Below are positions 61,827-64,000 of a stretch of DNA of 64,000 nucleotides, piece by piece. The position numbers and the translations under genes were made by a program. The notes under the pieces were generated by a model, which did no database searches, was not told the origin of the DNA, and was given only the letters and a program-made list of their open reading frames with translations. Where the stretch lies: assembly GCA_030704615.1 (NCBI GenBank), contig CM060733.1, positions 7,502,001 to 7,566,000 on the forward strand, in the 5' to 3' direction. Origin of the DNA: Takakia lepidozioides. Lineage: Eukaryota > Plantae > Bryophyta. Each line of letters opens with the position of its first letter. The stretch's first letter is position 1.

Positions 61827-64000
61827 CTACAAAGAAGAGGAGAGGCAAGGGGCCCTACAAGGAGAAGAGACAAATCAATCATGCGGGCAAGAAAAAGACG
61901 CAGTTAATTGTGGCAGATGGAACCTTGGAAGGTATTCATGTGAGAGTGTTAATAGACCCTGGGGCAACAGAAAACTTCTTATCTAGAAAGGCTGCCTTGA
62001 AACTAGGACTCCCCTTAGAAAAGGATGAAAGAGATGAAGTAGAAATGCCCAATGGACATACAAAGGTCATTGAGACACTACTTAAAAACATAGAGTTGTT
62101 GATTGGTAAATATAGATAAACCTTAGAATGGCGAGTGCTCAAACTGGCTCGATATGACGTAATATTAGGCATGCCTTGGATTGAATCTCACAACCCTGAT
62201 GTTGATTGGCGTAGAAAGATAGTCAAAACCCAGAATTGAAAAATATGGGGAGATCGAGTGAGGACACCATATCGAAACCTACTATCATTTGTTATAGGTA
62301 CTACAACTATATGTAAGAAAAACTTATTATTTGTAGGTTTAATAAGAGACGTGGAAAATCCGAAAAAAAAAACATGAGTGAGGTCCTTATAGAATTACAG
62401 AGTGTATTAAAAGAGTTCAAAGATGTCTCCGCCAAAGAGAAGAATAGATCATAAGATTGAGGTTGTTCCAAGTAGTACTCCTTCTTGTGAAATCCCTTAT
62501 CGATTAACACCAAACGAGTTGAAAGAATGTAAGGCTCAAATCGAGGACCTAATATCAAAAAGTTTTATAAGACCAAGTGTATCCCCGTATGGAGCGCCGG
62601 TGTTGTTTGTGAAGAAAAAAGATGGAGCAATGCGCATGTGCATTGATTATCGAGCACTCAACCAACAGACAGTGAAGAACAAGTACCCGTTACCACGCAT
62701 GGACGATCTATTTGACCAACTGCGAGGAGCAAAATACTTTACGAAGCTTGATCTAATGAGTGGATACAACCAAATTCGAGTCGCTGATAAAGATGTATAT
62801 AAGACCGCTTTCCGCACTAGGTATGGACATTTTGAATACATGGTTATGTCATTTGGTCTCACCAATGCCCCAGCCACATTCATGGGCCTCATGAATGATA
62901 TCTTTCGCTCATTCTTAGATAGATTTGTGATAGTCTTTTTAGATGATATTATGATCTATAGTAACAACCTTGTCGAGCATAGAAACCACCTCAAACAAGT
63001 ATTACAAGTTCTCCGTGAGAATCAGCTATATGCCAAAGCATCTAAATGTGAATTTGAAAAACAAGAAGTAGATTATCTTGGGCATTGTGTGAGTATGAAG
63101 GGAATTAAGGTAATGAGTGAAAAAATAGAAGCTATTCAGCAGTGGATAGCCCTTGAAGACATTACCCAATTAAAGAGTTTTCTTGGCCTTACCGGATTCT
63201 ACAGACGATTTGTACGGGCATTCTCAAAGATTGCCCAACCATTAACAAATCTTTTGGGCAAAGGAATTAAATGGAAATGGGGTACAGAAGAGGTTAGCAT
63301 TTCAAGCCTTGAAGAATGCGTTGCTTCATGCCCCGATCTTGAAATGGTAGGATCCGACAAGACTAATCAAGCTCTCAGTAGATGTGTCAGGCTCAGCAGT
63401 GGGTGAGATATTACAACAAGAATGGAAAGACGGATGGCACCCAGTGACATATTTTTCTCGCAAATTGTTACATGCGGAACAAAATTACCATACAACCGAA
63501 CGAGAAGAATTGGCCATCGTTTTGGGTACAAAACATTGGAAGCACTATCTTGGAGACAAAGAGTTCATAGTGGAGATAGACCATAAACCGTTGGTGTACT
63601 TGGAGACACAAAAAGATCTATCGAAGAGACAGATTCGTTGGGTGGAGTGGCGACAACAATTTAATATGAAGATCGTCTATGTAGAGGGAAAACGGCAATT
63701 GGCAGATGCAATGACAAGGATGTCGCGCATGAACACATTGACAGAAATCAACATTCAACCCGATTGGTGGAACAAGATAGCGACGGCTTCTAAAGATGAT
63801 GGGGAGATCGTGGACGCTAAAAAGAAGGGCAAAGTGACAGAAGTTCGAGGGTTGGTATTCAAGGAAGATAAACTTTGGATCCCTGATGAACCTGCATTGA
63901 AGACAAAAGCCTTGTTTGAAGCTCATGATACGGCGATAGCAGGACATGTTCGAGTTGAAAAAATATTCGAACAACTAAAACGAACATTTTATTGGCCGCG

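Larger units (their letters stand above)
59644..64000 (+). mobile_element. Ty3/gypsy LTR retrotransposon, degenerate, running off the window end
   Basis: Order gag, zinc knuckle CYNCGKYGHLAANC, protease LIDPGATENF, RT ([32 protein letters not shown]), RNase H (DHKPL), integrase zinc-finger start (HDTAIAGH). Many stops and frameshifts. Confidence 0.95.

Overview
Gene-dense, intron-containing nuclear DNA from a land plant, probably a bryophyte or other seed-free lineage (inferred from the PLS-DYW style and repeat content, not proven). Housekeeping genes: DXS, an F-box/LRR gene, AHA1, a Serinc/TDE gene, DPH7/WDR85, a YidD/UPF0161 gene and phosphoserine aminotransferase. There are three paralogous PLS-class PPR-E-DYW RNA-editing genes (two apparently intact, one decayed) plus an orphan DYW remnant. 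Other elements: an intronless bacterial-type SdpI gene, a hAT MITE carrying a tRNA-derived SINE, a fold-back of CRE-like retroelement ends inside the DPH7 intron, and a Helitron-like PIF1+APE element interrupted by a Ty3/gypsy LTR retrotransposon. Main finding: small spliced exons upstream of all three PPR-DYW genes, which the ORF track splits up, rebuild into the 'PDF' motif of organellar single-stranded-DNA-binding (OSB) proteins (LW..yF..PsQWWDNR..K | NPR.PDFKHK....LW.D....P.WV). The family therefore looks like an OSB-PDF + PPR + cytidine-deaminase chimera, caught at three stages of retention and decay. Exon models were read by eye and need RNA-seq confirmation.
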